Notes under the pieces: model-generated
What the model was told of the DNA's origin: nothing
The model's input: only the letters and a program-made list of their open reading frames with translations
Databases searched by the model: none
Assembly (NCBI GenBank): GCA_963702435.1
Contig: CAVPCR010000001.1
Span: forward strand, 1,152,001 to 1,216,000
Direction: 5' to 3'
From: Candidatus Eiseniibacteriota bacterium
Lineage (GTDB): Bacteria > Eisenbacteria > RBG-16-71-46 > CAVPCR01
Length of the DNA stretch: 64,000 nucleotides
Shown here: one piece after another, positions 9,477-19,579 of the stretch
How positions within the stretch are numbered: position 1 is the stretch's first letter
Layout of the letters: each line of letters begins with the position of its first letter
Position numbers and translations under genes: made by a program

Positions 9477-10639
9477 TCGGCTCCGGATTCCTCGGGCTCG
9501 TTGCGGCCACTCTGGTCACCCTGGTGCTCGTGTATGCAGCGCTGCACTTGTTGCGGCGGCTGCAGGGCATGACCCAGGCCGGAACGGGCCATCTGCCGCT
9601 CAGCCTCATGAAGCGGGTGCCCATCGGGCCCAAGCAGGGCGTAGGGCTCTTGCGTGTCGCCGACCGCGTTCTCGTCATCTCGATCGGCGAGGACGGGGCG
9701 AGGCTCTTGACCAAGCTCGGTGCCAGCGAGTCGCGAGCGCTGCTGGCGGCGACACCCGCCAACGGCAGCGAAGCGGCCGGCCCTTCCGGCCGGTGGCGGC
9801 AGACCCTCAGGCGGTTCCTGTTCCCCGCGCTCCTCCTCGTCGTGCTGGCGGCCGCCCCCGATGCCGCCGTCGCCCAGGTCGCTCCGCAGGACGCGACGGC
9901 CCCCGCCGCCGGCGCCGCGGCCGACCCGGTGCCGGCGCCGGGGACCGGCACCGCCCTGCCGCCGGCGCCCCCCCCGATGGCGGTCACGGTGCGCCAGGGT
10001 GATGACGAGCTGCATCTGTCGGGCGCGGTCGGCCTGGTCGTCTTCATCGGGGCGCTCACCCTCCTCCCCGCCCTGCTCCTGCTCATGACCAGCTTCACGC
10101 GGATCCTCATCGTGCTGCAATTCGTGCGTCCGGCACTCGGCACCCAGAATGCTCCTCCCATGCAGCTCCTGACCGCGCTGGCCGTCCTCTTGACCGGGCT
10201 CGTCATGAACCCCGCGCTCGAGAAGGCCAACCAGATCGCGCTGCAGCCGTTCATGCGCGGCGAGATCACGCAGGCCCAGGCCTACCAGATCGGCATCCAG
10301 CCCTTTCGCGAGTTCATGCTCGCCAACACCAACGAGAAGGACCTGGCCCTGTTCGCCGACTTGAGTCAGGCCGAGGAGAGCTTCACTCCGGAGACCCTGC
10401 CGACCCTCACCCTGGCCTCGGCTTTCATGACCAGCGAGCTGCGCACCGCCTTCCAGATGGGCTTTCTCATCTTCATTCCGTTCATCGTGGTCGACCTGAT
10501 CGTGGCTTCGGTGCTGATGAGCCTCGGCATGTTCATGCTCCCGCCCATGATGGTATCGCTGCCATTCAAGCTGCTGCTGTTCGTGCTGGCGGACGGGTGG
10601 ACGCTCCTGGTCAAGAACCTCGTGCTCTCATTCCGGTGA
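9473..10639 (+). CDS. fliP: FliO-FliP fusion protein (flagellar export gate)
   Basis: N-terminal FliO-like domain (TM, then RVPIGPKQGVGLLRVADRVLVISIG) in frame with the FliP core (MTSFTRILIVL, AFMTSELRTAFQMG, LPFKLLLFVLADGW). Confidence 0.92.
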   Translation: MIGSGFLGLVAATLVTLVLVYAALHLLRRLQGMTQAGTGHLPLSLMKRVPIGPKQGVGLLRVADRVLVISIGEDGARLLTKLGASESRALLAATPANGSEAAGPSGRWRQTLRRFLFPALLLVVLAAAPDAAVAQVAPQDATAPAAGAAADPVPAPGTGTALPPAPPPMAVTVRQGDDELHLSGAVGLVVFIGALTLLPALLLLMTSFTRILIVLQFVRPALGTQNAPPMQLLTALAVLLTGLVMNPALEKANQIALQPFMRGEITQAQAYQIGIQPFREFMLANTNEKDLALFADLSQAEESFTPETLPTLTLASAFMTSELRTAFQMGFLIFIPFIVVDLIVASVLMSLGMFMLPPMMVSLPFKLLLFVLADGWTLLVKNLVLSFR

Positions 10640-10645
10640 GGACCC

Positions 10646-10915
10646 ATGTCTGTCGACGCCGCCGCTGAAATCGTGCGCCACGCGGTCATGATCACCATCC
10701 TGGTGGCGAGCCCCTTGTTGTTGATATCGCTGATCGTCGGCGTCATCGTCAGCCTGATCCAGGCCGTCACCCAGATTCAGGAGCAGACGCTTACCTTCGT
10801 GCCCAAGCTCCTGGCCCTCGGGGTTGCGCTCATCATTCTCCTGCCGTGGATCCTCACCCAGCTGACCGACTACCTGGCCGGCGTTCTCAACACCCTCTCC
10901 ATGCTGGCGACGTGA
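10646..10915 (+). CDS. fliQ: Flagellar export protein FliQ
   Basis: QAVTQIQEQTLTFVPKL motif, 89 aa. Confidence 0.97.
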   Translation: MSVDAAAEIVRHAVMITILVASPLLLISLIVGVIVSLIQAVTQIQEQTLTFVPKLLALGVALIILLPWILTQLTDYLAGVLNTLSMLAT

Positions 10916-11712
10916 TGCTCGAAGCGCTGTCGCGGATCCTCCTCCCCGATCACCTACCCACCTTCGCCTATGTGCTGGCCCGGGTGACGGGGCTCGCGCT
11001 GTCGGCGCCTCTCTGGTCGCTCAACGGGACCCCGCGGCTGGTGCGCGTGGTCGTGGCGGTGGTGCTCACGCTGGCCCTGCTCCCTGCCTGTCCGGTGGCG
11101 CGAGCGCCGGAGGCACTGGTCGTGCTGCCGCTCGGGCTCGCCGCCGAGCTCCTGATCGGACTCACGATCGGGCTCACGGCGTCGGTCATCGTGCACGGCG
11201 CCGCGCTGGCCGGCGAGGTGATCTCCTTGCAGATGGGACTCTCGCTCGGTCCGGCCTTGGCCCCCATGGTGGATGTGCAGGTACCGGGCGTCGGACAGAT
11301 TCAGAGCATGCTCGCGCTCATGATCTACATTGCGGTCGACGGCCACCTGATGCTGCTGCGCGGTCTGGCCAGGAGCCTCGAGGTGCTGCCGCCGGGCGCC
11401 GGCATCTCGCTCGAGCAGGGGCCCGCCATTTGCGTCCTGCTCGCCAACACGCTGTTCACAGTGGCGATCCAGGCCGCAGCTCCGGCGATGGTCGCCCTCT
11501 TCCTCGTCGATCTCGCTGTCGGATTCGCCAACCGGGCGGTTCCACAGCTGCAGGCGATATTCGTGCTGTTTCCAGTCGCCATTCTCACCGGACTCCTCCT
11601 GCTTTGGTTCTCGGTGCCGACCGTCACCGCCGCGATCGGCGAGTGGATGGTAGTGCTGCCGGCGCAGGTGGCCGGCGTCATCGAGGCGCTGCGCCGAGTT
11701 CCCCAGGTGTGA
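10915..11712 (+). CDS. fliR: Flagellar export protein FliR
   Basis: Hydrophobic; AGEVISLQMGLS, DGHLMLL, NRAVPQLQ; TGATG overlap with fliQ. Confidence 0.93.
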   Translation: MLEALSRILLPDHLPTFAYVLARVTGLALSAPLWSLNGTPRLVRVVVAVVLTLALLPACPVARAPEALVVLPLGLAAELLIGLTIGLTASVIVHGAALAGEVISLQMGLSLGPALAPMVDVQVPGVGQIQSMLALMIYIAVDGHLMLLRGLARSLEVLPPGAGISLEQGPAICVLLANTLFTVAIQAAAPAMVALFLVDLAVGFANRAVPQLQAIFVLFPVAILTGLLLLWFSVPTVTAAIGEWMVVLPAQVAGVIEALRRVPQV

Positions 11713-11719
11713 GCACGCC

Positions 11720-12832
11720 ATGGCCGAGGAACAACCCAGTGGACAGGAACGGAACGAGCAACCGACCCCGCAGCGCCGGGCCCGGGCCCGCGAGCAGGGG
11801 CGCATCGCCCGCAGCGTCGAGCTGGCGGCAGCAGCCGGGTTGCTCGGCGGCGCGCTGCTCCTCACCCAGTTCGCCGCGAACGGGTTCGCCGTTTTCACCC
11901 ACCGGGTCCTGCGGGAGAGCGCCGGCGCCATGTCGTTTGCGGAGCGGGGGCCGGAGGGGACGGCGGGCATGCTCCAGCTCGTGATGCGGGGGGCGCTGGT
12001 GGCGTTCCTGCCCTTTGCGATGGGACTCACCGCCATCATCCTGGCCGTGAACCTCGCCCAGGCCCGCGGCGTGATCTCCTGGCGACCCGTGCTGCCCAAC
12101 TTCGACCACGTGAACCCGATCTCCGGGTGCAAGCGGTTGTTCAGTCGCGAGGCGCTGTTCACCGGATTCAAGAGCCTGTTCAAGCTGGCGGCGATCGCGC
12201 TCGCGAGCTACTGGATCATCACCCGTGCGATCCCGCAGCTCGTGTCACTGCCCCAGACCGGGCCGGCCGAGATTGCCCTGGTCATGCAGCGCCTCGCGGT
12301 GCGCATGGCCGTACTGCTCGGCGTCGGGTACCTGGTCCTGGCGGCCATCGACTATGCCTATCAGCACTTCCGCCTGGAGCAGAGTCTGCGCATGACGCGG
12401 CAGGAGGTCATGTACGACCTGCGGGACTCGGAGGGCGATCCGCACGTCAAAGCCCGTCTGCTCTCCATGGCGCATGCGCACGCCCGCCGCCGCATGCTGC
12501 AGCGGGTGCCGACCGCTGATGTTGTGGTAGTCAACCCCACCGAGATCGCAGTGGCTCTCAAGTACGATCTCGCCGCCGCTTCGGCGCCGCTCGTCCTCGC
12601 CATGGGCCAGCGCAAGCTCGCCGCGCGCATCCGCGAGATAGCAGAGCGAGCGGGTGTGCCCATCGTCGAGAACCGGCCGGTGGCCCGCGCCCTGCTCGCC
12701 ACCTCCGAGGTCGGCCGTCCGATCCCGCCCGCTCTCTATGCCGCGGTGGCAGAGATCCTGGCCTTCATCTACCGGCAACGCGACTCGCTGCGCGGGCTGC
12801 CTGAGGTGCTCAGGCCGAGGAAGATCGCATGA
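11720..12832 (+). CDS. flhB: Flagellar export switch protein FlhB
   Basis: EQPTPQR, SEGDPHVK, cleavage loop VVVNPTEIAVAL (NPTE rather than NPTH). Confidence 0.96.
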   Translation: MAEEQPSGQERNEQPTPQRRARAREQGRIARSVELAAAAGLLGGALLLTQFAANGFAVFTHRVLRESAGAMSFAERGPEGTAGMLQLVMRGALVAFLPFAMGLTAIILAVNLAQARGVISWRPVLPNFDHVNPISGCKRLFSREALFTGFKSLFKLAAIALASYWIITRAIPQLVSLPQTGPAEIALVMQRLAVRMAVLLGVGYLVLAAIDYAYQHFRLEQSLRMTRQEVMYDLRDSEGDPHVKARLLSMAHAHARRRMLQRVPTADVVVVNPTEIAVALKYDLAAASAPLVLAMGQRKLAARIREIAERAGVPIVENRPVARALLATSEVGRPIPPALYAAVAEILAFIYRQRDSLRGLPEVLRPRKIA

Positions 12833-15014
12833 GCACGGTGACCTTCCCCCCCGCCGGGATCCGGGCTGCCGCTGATGGACACGCGGTGACCACGGGACGC
12901 GGCTCCGTCGCACCCGCGGCACGCGGTTCGCTGCACGCCGACTCCCCCGGCGGCGGCAGGCGCTTCGGTCTCGTCTCCGCCGCCGAGACCTATCTCGCCA
13001 TCGGCGTCGTCATCGTCGTCTCGCTGCTCATCGTTCCGCTGCCGCCGTTGGCCCTCGACTTCCTGCTGGCGCTGAGTTTCGCGCTCGCCTTGACCGTGCT
13101 GCTCGTCGTGCTCGCGGTCAATGATCCGCTGGAGTTCAACATCTTCCCGAGCCTGCTCCTGCTCATCACCCTGTTCCGGCTCGGGCTCAACGTGAGCAGC
13201 ACGCGGCTCATCCTGAGCACGGGAGAGGCCGGGCAGGTCATCGCCGCCTTCGGCAACTTCGTGATCGGCGGCAACTTCGTCGTCGGGCTGGTGATCTTCC
13301 TGATCCTCGTCGTCATCAACTTCGTCGTCATCACCAAGGGCGTCCGGGCGCATCGCCGAGGTCGCCGCCCGCTTCACCCTGGACGCCATGCCGGGGCGGC
13401 AGATGAGCATCGACGCCGACCTCGGCGCCGGCCTCATCGACGAAACGGAGGCCCGGTCGCCGGCGCGAGGAGATCAACCACTATGCCGACTTCTACGGCG
13501 CCATGGACGGCGCCGCCAAGTTCGTGCGCGGCGACGCCGTTGCCGGGATCCTGATCACCGTAATCAACCTGGTCGGCGGTTTCGTGATCGGCATGACTCA
13601 GCAGGGCATGTCGGCCAAGGATGCCCTCACCACCTACAGCTCGCTGACGGTCGGCGACGGCCTGGTGACCCAGATCCCGGCCCTCGTGGTCAGCACGGCC
13701 GCCGGCATCCTGGTCACCTACGGCTCGTCGCGGATGGCCGTCGCCGGTGCGCTGGGATCGCAGCTCACGCGCAACCCCGGCGTCCTGTGGACGGTGGCGG
13801 CGATTCTCGGTCTGTTCGCCATCATCCCCGGCCTGCCGGCCATCCCCTTCCTCGCGCTCGCCGTCTGCGCCGGCCTCATCGCCTACACGGCGAGGCGCCG
13901 GCTCGGGCGGGCGGGAGACCAGGCCGAGCCGGCCCCGAGCCGCGAGGAGACGGGCGCAGAGCCCCCGGTCCAGGACATCCTCTCGGTCGAACCACTCGAG
14001 CTCGAGATCGGCTACGGCATCGTTCCGCTCGCCGATCCGTCGCATGGCGGCGACCTCCTGCAACGGATCGGCATCATGCGCAAGCAGCTCGCTCTCGAAC
14101 TGGGGATGGTCATCCCGCCGGTTCGGGTCCGGGACAACATACAGCTCGCCGCCAACGAGTATGCGATCAAGGTGCGCGGGGTCCGGGTGGCCGGAGCGGA
14201 GCTCATGCCGCGACAGCTCCTCGCCCTGAACACGAGCGGCAATGCCGCGCGCATCGATGGGGCCGGCACCACTGATCCCAGCTTCGGCATCCCCGCGGTG
14301 TGGATCCATCCGACCGAGCGGACGACGGCCGAGAGCGCCGGGTACACGGTGGTCGATGCCACCACCGTCCTCACGACCCACCTCCTCGAGACGGTTCGCG
14401 AGCACGCAGCCGAGCTCTTGAGCCGCCAGGACACCCGCCGGCTCCTTGACGGCCTCAAGGAGACCCACCCTTCTCTGGTGGAAGACGTGGTCCCGAACCG
14501 GGTGTCGCTGGGGACGCTGCACCGCGTGCTGCAAAGGCTCGCCCGCGAGGGCATTCCGATTCGCGACCTGGTGACGATTCTCGAGGCGATCTCCGATGTC
14601 GCCGACCAGACCAAGGACCCCGAGATTCTCACCGAACACGCGCGGCGCGCGCTGTCGCTCGTCATCGCGCAGATGCTGCGCGGAGACGACCCCACCATCC
14701 ACGCGATCGCGGTGGGGCCGCGGCTCGAGCTGGCGCTGATGCAGACTTTCAGTCCAGGCAAGGCGGAGGGCGGGAAACGCGGGATGGAACCAGGCGAGCT
14801 CACAGCGGCACTCAGCGCGCTCGGGCGAATTGTCGCCGACACGAAGAAGGACGGCGCGTTGCCGCCGCTGATCACCCCACCCGCCCTCCGCCTCGGCATC
14901 CGGCGGCTCATCGAGCCCGGTCTACCGCGACTTGCGGTGATCTCGCTGGCCGAGCTGCCACCCCAGGCCCCGATTCAGACGATCAGTCTGTGGGAGCTGC
15001 CGCATGAAAATTGA
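12829..15014 (+). pseudogene. flhA: Flagellar export protein FlhA interrupted by two single-base insertions (near 13342 and 13457)
   Basis: Three successive frames rebuild [31 protein letters not shown]...[30 protein letters not shown] when one base is removed at each site. Confidence 0.93.
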
Positions 15015-15858
15015 GACGTTCACCGGCCCCAACCTCCCCGACCTGTTCACGCAGGCCCGGTCGCAGATCGGTCCGCACGCGGTCCTGCTCGGTGTCCGCC
15101 GGCTCGACCGTCGCGGGCGTCTCTTCGAAGTCTCCGCCACCGCCCCGCCGGAGGCAGCCACGGAGTCCACACCGACACTGCTCACGCCGGGACCCGCCGT
15201 TGCCGCTCCCGCTGCGGCGCCCGGGCTTCGGCACCGGAAACGCGTGGCGGCCCGCCCGTTCGTGCTCGCTCTTGTGGGCCCGACCGGCGCCGGCAAGACC
15301 ACGACCGCGGCCAAGCTGGCCATGCACGAGCAGGCCTTCGGCGACCGGCGCGTTGGCTTCATCGCGCTCGACACCTATCGCGTCGGGGCGATCGAGCAGC
15401 TCACTGCCTTTGCTGAACTGGCGGACGCGCCGGTCGCCGTGGCCTACAGTTCGAGCGACATCCCGAGAATCATGCGCCGCCTGCGCCATCGTGATGTCCT
15501 GATCGTGGACACGCCCGGCCGCGGCCCGCGCGAGCGGGAGGACGAGGCGGCAGTACGGGAATGCCTCGAGGCGCTGCATGCGGATGAGATGCACTTGACG
15601 CTGCCGGCAGGACTGCCGCCGGGTGTCTTGCGCCTCCTCGTGTCGCGGACGCGCGCGCTCGGTGTCACTCACATCCTCCCGACCAAGGTGGACGAGTATC
15701 CGGCCGACGATGCCGCCTTCGTGGTGTCGGGGCTGTCCCGGCTGCCGATTCGGTGGATCGCCGACGGGCAACGCGTGCCGCGCGACCTGCGACCAGCGCC
15801 GGCGGGGCGGCCGGACTTTGCCGCACCGGCTTTCGACCTCGCGCTCGCCGGCAACTGA
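15004..15858 (+). CDS. flhF: SRP-family GTPase FlhF (short form)
   Basis: GPTGAGKTTTAAKLA, DTYRVGAIEQL, DTPGR, TKVDE, GQRVPRDL. Confidence 0.92.
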   Translation: MKIETFTGPNLPDLFTQARSQIGPHAVLLGVRRLDRRGRLFEVSATAPPEAATESTPTLLTPGPAVAAPAAAPGLRHRKRVAARPFVLALVGPTGAGKTTTAAKLAMHEQAFGDRRVGFIALDTYRVGAIEQLTAFAELADAPVAVAYSSSDIPRIMRRLRHRDVLIVDTPGRGPREREDEAAVRECLEALHADEMHLTLPAGLPPGVLRLLVSRTRALGVTHILPTKVDEYPADDAAFVVSGLSRLPIRWIADGQRVPRDLRPAPAGRPDFAAPAFDLALAGN

Positions 15859-15886
15859 GCGAGCACCATACAGAGAGATCTGCTGC

Positions 15887-16702
15887 ATGCGAAGGACTCT
15901 CGACCATCATCCGCCGCTGTCGGTCGTCCGCAAGCCAGCGACGACCGCTGTCACCGATGCGCTGTGGCGGAGATACCAGTGCGACCGGGACATGGAGGCG
16001 CGCGCCAGGTTGCTGGAGCAATACCTGGGGCTCGTTCACCACGCCGCGCGCGAACTCGCGACCCGGCTTCCGGGAGCCATGCAGTTCGAGGATCTGTTGA
16101 GCGCCGGCACGGTGGGTCTCGTCCAGGCGCTCGAGAGTTTCGACCCCGCACGGGGATTCGCCTTCTCGAGCTTCGCCCTGCCGCGCATCCGGGGGGCCAT
16201 GCGGGATGAGATGCGCAGCTGGGACTGGATCCCACGATCGGTCCGCGAACGGATCCGCCACCTCCGTTCCGTGGAGAGCGATCTCCGCCGCCGCCTCGGC
16301 CGCCAGCCCGAACCCGACGAGATGGCGGCCGCGCTCGGCGTCGATCTGGCGACCTACTGGCGTTACGCGGACGCGAACTCCGAACCCGTGCTCCTCCCGC
16401 TCGATCCGGCGCCGGCAGGCCGCGCCCCGGAGCGGCGACTGGCCGAGGCCATTGCCGACCCGGCGAGCCGCAGCCAGAGCGACGCCCTGGAGGCGGATGA
16501 GACCTGGTCCGAACTCGCCATCGCCTTCGCGACCCTGTCGGAACGCGACCGGCTCATCCTCAACCTCTCCTACTTCGAGGAGCTCACGCTGCGCGAGATC
16601 GGAGAGATCTTGCACATCACCGAGTCGAGAGTCTCTCAGATCAGAACCCGGGCCTTGCGCCGCCTCGGCGAGCGCATCGATCCAAGGAGGGAAGCGGCAT
16701 GA
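15887..16702 (+). CDS. fliA: RNA polymerase sigma28 factor FliA/WhiG
   Basis: DLLSAGTVGL, RIRGAMRDEMRSWDWIPRS, LTLREIGEILHITESRVSQI. Confidence 0.95.
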   Translation: MRRTLDHHPPLSVVRKPATTAVTDALWRRYQCDRDMEARARLLEQYLGLVHHAARELATRLPGAMQFEDLLSAGTVGLVQALESFDPARGFAFSSFALPRIRGAMRDEMRSWDWIPRSVRERIRHLRSVESDLRRRLGRQPEPDEMAAALGVDLATYWRYADANSEPVLLPLDPAPAGRAPERRLAEAIADPASRSQSDALEADETWSELAIAFATLSERDRLILNLSYFEELTLREIGEILHITESRVSQIRTRALRRLGERIDPRREAA

Positions 16703-17220
16703 AACGCTCGCTCTGGCTCATCGTCCTCGGCGCCGCACTGCCCCTGGTGCTGATGGGGCGTCTCGAGGAGGTCCTCACCCTGTCCGGCGCGCGCGACGCG
16801 ATCGCGGGCGCCGCCCGCGCTGCCAGGATGCACGGACCCGTCCTCCTGGAGCTCCCCGGCCGCTACCTGGACCAGCTCCCGCTCCCGGCGGATTCCGATC
16901 CGCTCGTGCTGCGCTGCCTGGTGACCGCGCTGATCCTGACGGTCGTGCTCTGCATGCTGCTCATGGCACCGAGTCGCCACCCGCGGACGCCCGCGGCACG
17001 CCGCCGCCAGGTGCGCCGACTCCTCGGCAGAGGGCGGCCGGCGGCCGAGGTCGCCCGGCGCACGGGCTGGGCGCTGGACGCCGTGCGCAGCCTCGATCTC
17101 GCCGCGCGCGAAGCTCTGGCGCCGGCGACCGCGGTACGACGCGGAAGGTCTTTCCGGTCATTCCGTATCTTCGCGCCGCGCGACCCCTCCCATCCGCGCC
17201 GGGCGTTCGGGACAAGATGA
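16699..17220 (+). CDS. Membrane protein with C-terminal HTH-like segment downstream of fliA
   Basis: Two hydrophobic segments, then VRRLLGRGRPAAEVARRTGWALDAVRSL; ATGA overlap with fliA. Confidence 0.6.
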   Translation: MKRSLWLIVLGAALPLVLMGRLEEVLTLSGARDAIAGAARAARMHGPVLLELPGRYLDQLPLPADSDPLVLRCLVTALILTVVLCMLLMAPSRHPRTPAARRRQVRRLLGRGRPAAEVARRTGWALDAVRSLDLAAREALAPATAVRRGRSFRSFRIFAPRDPSHPRRAFGTR

Positions 17221-17264
17221 AGGCGATCAAGGGAATGGGCCGCACCAGGGGCGGTTCGTGACAG

Positions 17265-17280
17265 CGGCACGGTCCTTGCG
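17265..17280 (+). promoter_or_regulatory. sigma54 (-24/-12) promoter for the flgF operon
   Basis: CGGCACGGTCCTTGCG; 44 nt upstream of the flgF ATG, GGAGG RBS. Confidence 0.8.
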
Positions 17281-17324
17281 GTACTGACCGGCGGCCGGCA
17301 GACAGGTTCTATGGAGGTCGTCTC

Positions 17325-18017
17325 ATGTCGCTGAGTGGCATCGTCGGTGCGGCGCGCACGCTGTCGTACTTCATTCGACGCGAGGAGATCACGTCCCACA
17401 ACCTGGCCCAGGCGGGAACTCCCACGTTCAAGTCGATGCGAGTCACTGCGCACCTGCGTCCGGGAGAGGAATCGGCCAGTCCGGTGCAGTGGACCGATTG
17501 GAGCCAGGGGCGGCTGCTCGACACGGAACGGCCGCTCGATGTCGCCCTCGACGGCCCCGGCTTCTTCGTGGTGCAGACACCGCGCGGCGAGCGACTCACG
17601 CGGGGTGGGTCGCTCAAGCTCGACCGCGCCGGCCGATTGTGCGATCTGGACGGCAACCCGCTGCTCGGGCGGCGCGGGCCGGTGATCCTCTTCGGCACCG
17701 AGATGAAGGTGGACGCCGCGGGCGTCCTGCTGGTGGATGAGAGGAAGGTGGACGAGCTCCGGGTCGAGACCGTTTCCGATCTCAACGCGCTCACGCGGGA
17801 AGAGGGCGGGCTCTTCGCCACCACGGAGAAGACGGTCCCGGTCCCGAGCGAGATCACCGTGGTGCACCAGGGTCAGATCGAGGACGCCAACCCCGACTCC
17901 ATCCTGTCGCTCGTGGACCTCATCGCCATCCAGCGAACGTACGCCGCCAACGTGCAGGCCTTGAAGACGATGGACAGGGTCCTCGGCATCGCCACCTCTG
18001 AGGTCGGTGACGTCTAG
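17325..18017 (+). CDS. flgF: Basal-body rod protein FlgF
   Basis: SHNLAQAGTPTFK, TERPLDVALDGPGFF, TRGGSL; precedes flgG. Confidence 0.88.
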   Translation: MSLSGIVGAARTLSYFIRREEITSHNLAQAGTPTFKSMRVTAHLRPGEESASPVQWTDWSQGRLLDTERPLDVALDGPGFFVVQTPRGERLTRGGSLKLDRAGRLCDLDGNPLLGRRGPVILFGTEMKVDAAGVLLVDERKVDELRVETVSDLNALTREEGGLFATTEKTVPVPSEITVVHQGQIEDANPDSILSLVDLIAIQRTYAANVQALKTMDRVLGIATSEVGDV

Positions 18018-18046
18018 CCCCGGCCAGTGAAACAAGGAGATCAGGC

Positions 18047-18835
18047 ATGAATGCCAGCCAGAGAACCTCGGCCAGCGGAATGGTCGCCCAGCAGCGGATG
18101 ATCGAGGTCATCGCGAACAACCTGGCCAACGTCACCACCACCGGCTTCAAGCGCAGCCGGGCTGCCTTTCAGGACATCTTCTACGAGACGATGCAGGGAG
18201 TGCGACCCGGTGCCGAGCCGGGCAAGGCCGTGGTCGGCCCCATCCAGGTGGGACGCGGAGTGCGCGTGGCAGCCGTGAACCGGATCCACTCCCAGGGTCC
18301 GATCGAGACGACCGAGCGGCCCCTCGACCTCTCCATCGAGGGGGATGGCTTCCTGCTGCTGGAGCGCCCCGACCAGACCATCGCCTACACGCGCGATGGC
18401 AGCCTGCGCGTCTCCGAGGACGGCGTGCTGGTGACCAGCGATGGCTATCCACTGCTGCCCAGCATCATGGTCCCGGCCGAGGCCACATCCATCACCATCT
18501 CCCCTGACGGCCTGGTGAGCGCGGCCGTGGGCAACGCGGGTCAGGCGGTCGAGCTCGGGCGGCTCGAGCTGGCGCGGTTCATCAACCCGTCCGGCCTCCT
18601 CGCCATCGGCCAGAACCAGTACGTGGAGACGGCGGCCGCGGGCGAACCGATCGTGGGCGTGCCCAATCAGAACGGGTTCGGGCGCCTCCTGCAAGGGGCG
18701 CTGGAAGCGAGCAACGTCGAGATCGTGCAGGAAATCACCGACATGATCACGGCGCAGCGAGCCTATGAGATCAACGCCAAGGCGCTGCGCGTCTCCGATG
18801 ACATCATGCAGGCGACCAATGAGCTGGTCATCTAG
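18047..18835 (+). CDS. flgG: Distal rod protein FlgG
   Basis: IANNLANVTTTGFKRSR, LEASNVEIVQEITDMITAQRAYEINAK; 262 aa. Confidence 0.96.
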   Translation: MNASQRTSASGMVAQQRMIEVIANNLANVTTTGFKRSRAAFQDIFYETMQGVRPGAEPGKAVVGPIQVGRGVRVAAVNRIHSQGPIETTERPLDLSIEGDGFLLLERPDQTIAYTRDGSLRVSEDGVLVTSDGYPLLPSIMVPAEATSITISPDGLVSAAVGNAGQAVELGRLELARFINPSGLLAIGQNQYVETAAAGEPIVGVPNQNGFGRLLQGALEASNVEIVQEITDMITAQRAYEINAKALRVSDDIMQATNELVI

Positions 18836-19577
18836 ACAGCCGCGGTGGCTCGTGCCCGCGGTGCTCGCCGCCCTGATCGGCGTGCGCGGCACGGCGGCGC
18901 CGGCCGCAGCGGCGGGCACCCCGGCCGCAGCGGACGCCGCCCCGGCCGCAGCCGGCGCTGCGGCGTCGCCCGGGCCGGCCATCGAACGCAGCGCCGTCGC
19001 GTGCATTGCCGCCGAGTGGAACGTCGACATGGCGGTTCTCCGCCTCGAGTGGGGACAGGTTCCCCCGGGGCTCGACGCGGCGCCCGACCCGGCGCTGCAT
19101 GTCGCCGGGCGAGGTCTCGATGGCTGGTTCGCCGTGGTGATAGAGCCGCCGGCAGCACATCCGGTGGCGGTGCGGGTGCGCGCCGGAGTCGCCGATACGA
19201 CCTGGGTCGCCGCGCGCGCACTGCCTGCGCGCGCGACGCTGGCCGCCGAGGACATCCAGAGCGAGACCAGGACCTTCTGGGGTCCGCCGCGCGCCGCCGC
19301 GCGCTTGCGCCCTGCCGCGGGCTGGGAGGTGCGGCGCCCGCTGGCCGCGGGCGACGAGCTCACTGCGCTCGTCGTCGCCCCACCACAGCTCGTCGCCGCC
19401 GGCGAGACCGTGAGCCTCGAGTGGTCGCGCGGCGGGATCCACATCGTCCTCCCCGGCGTGGCCTTGAACGGCGCGCGCGCCGGCGAGACCGTGCGCGCCT
19501 ACCCCCAGGGTCGGCGGAAGACCGTGACCGGCGTGGCGATCGCGCCGGGGCGGGTCATGCTCAAGAGCGGAGGATAG
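18819..19577 (+). CDS. flgA: P-ring assembly chaperone FlgA
   Basis: Signal peptide, SAF domain, LVAAGETV...GVALNGARAGETVR; start inferred at ATG 18819. Confidence 0.82.
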   Translation: MSWSSRQPRWLVPAVLAALIGVRGTAAPAAAAGTPAAADAAPAAAGAAASPGPAIERSAVACIAAEWNVDMAVLRLEWGQVPPGLDAAPDPALHVAGRGLDGWFAVVIEPPAAHPVAVRVRAGVADTTWVAARALPARATLAAEDIQSETRTFWGPPRAAARLRPAAGWEVRRPLAAGDELTALVVAPPQLVAAGETVSLEWSRGGIHIVLPGVALNGARAGETVRAYPQGRRKTVTGVAIAPGRVMLKSGG

Positions 19578-19579
19578 CG

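Noticed and set aside
2136..15014. Non-flagellar type III secretion system
   Set aside because: Rod, hook, ring, stator and fliA genes show that it is flagellar
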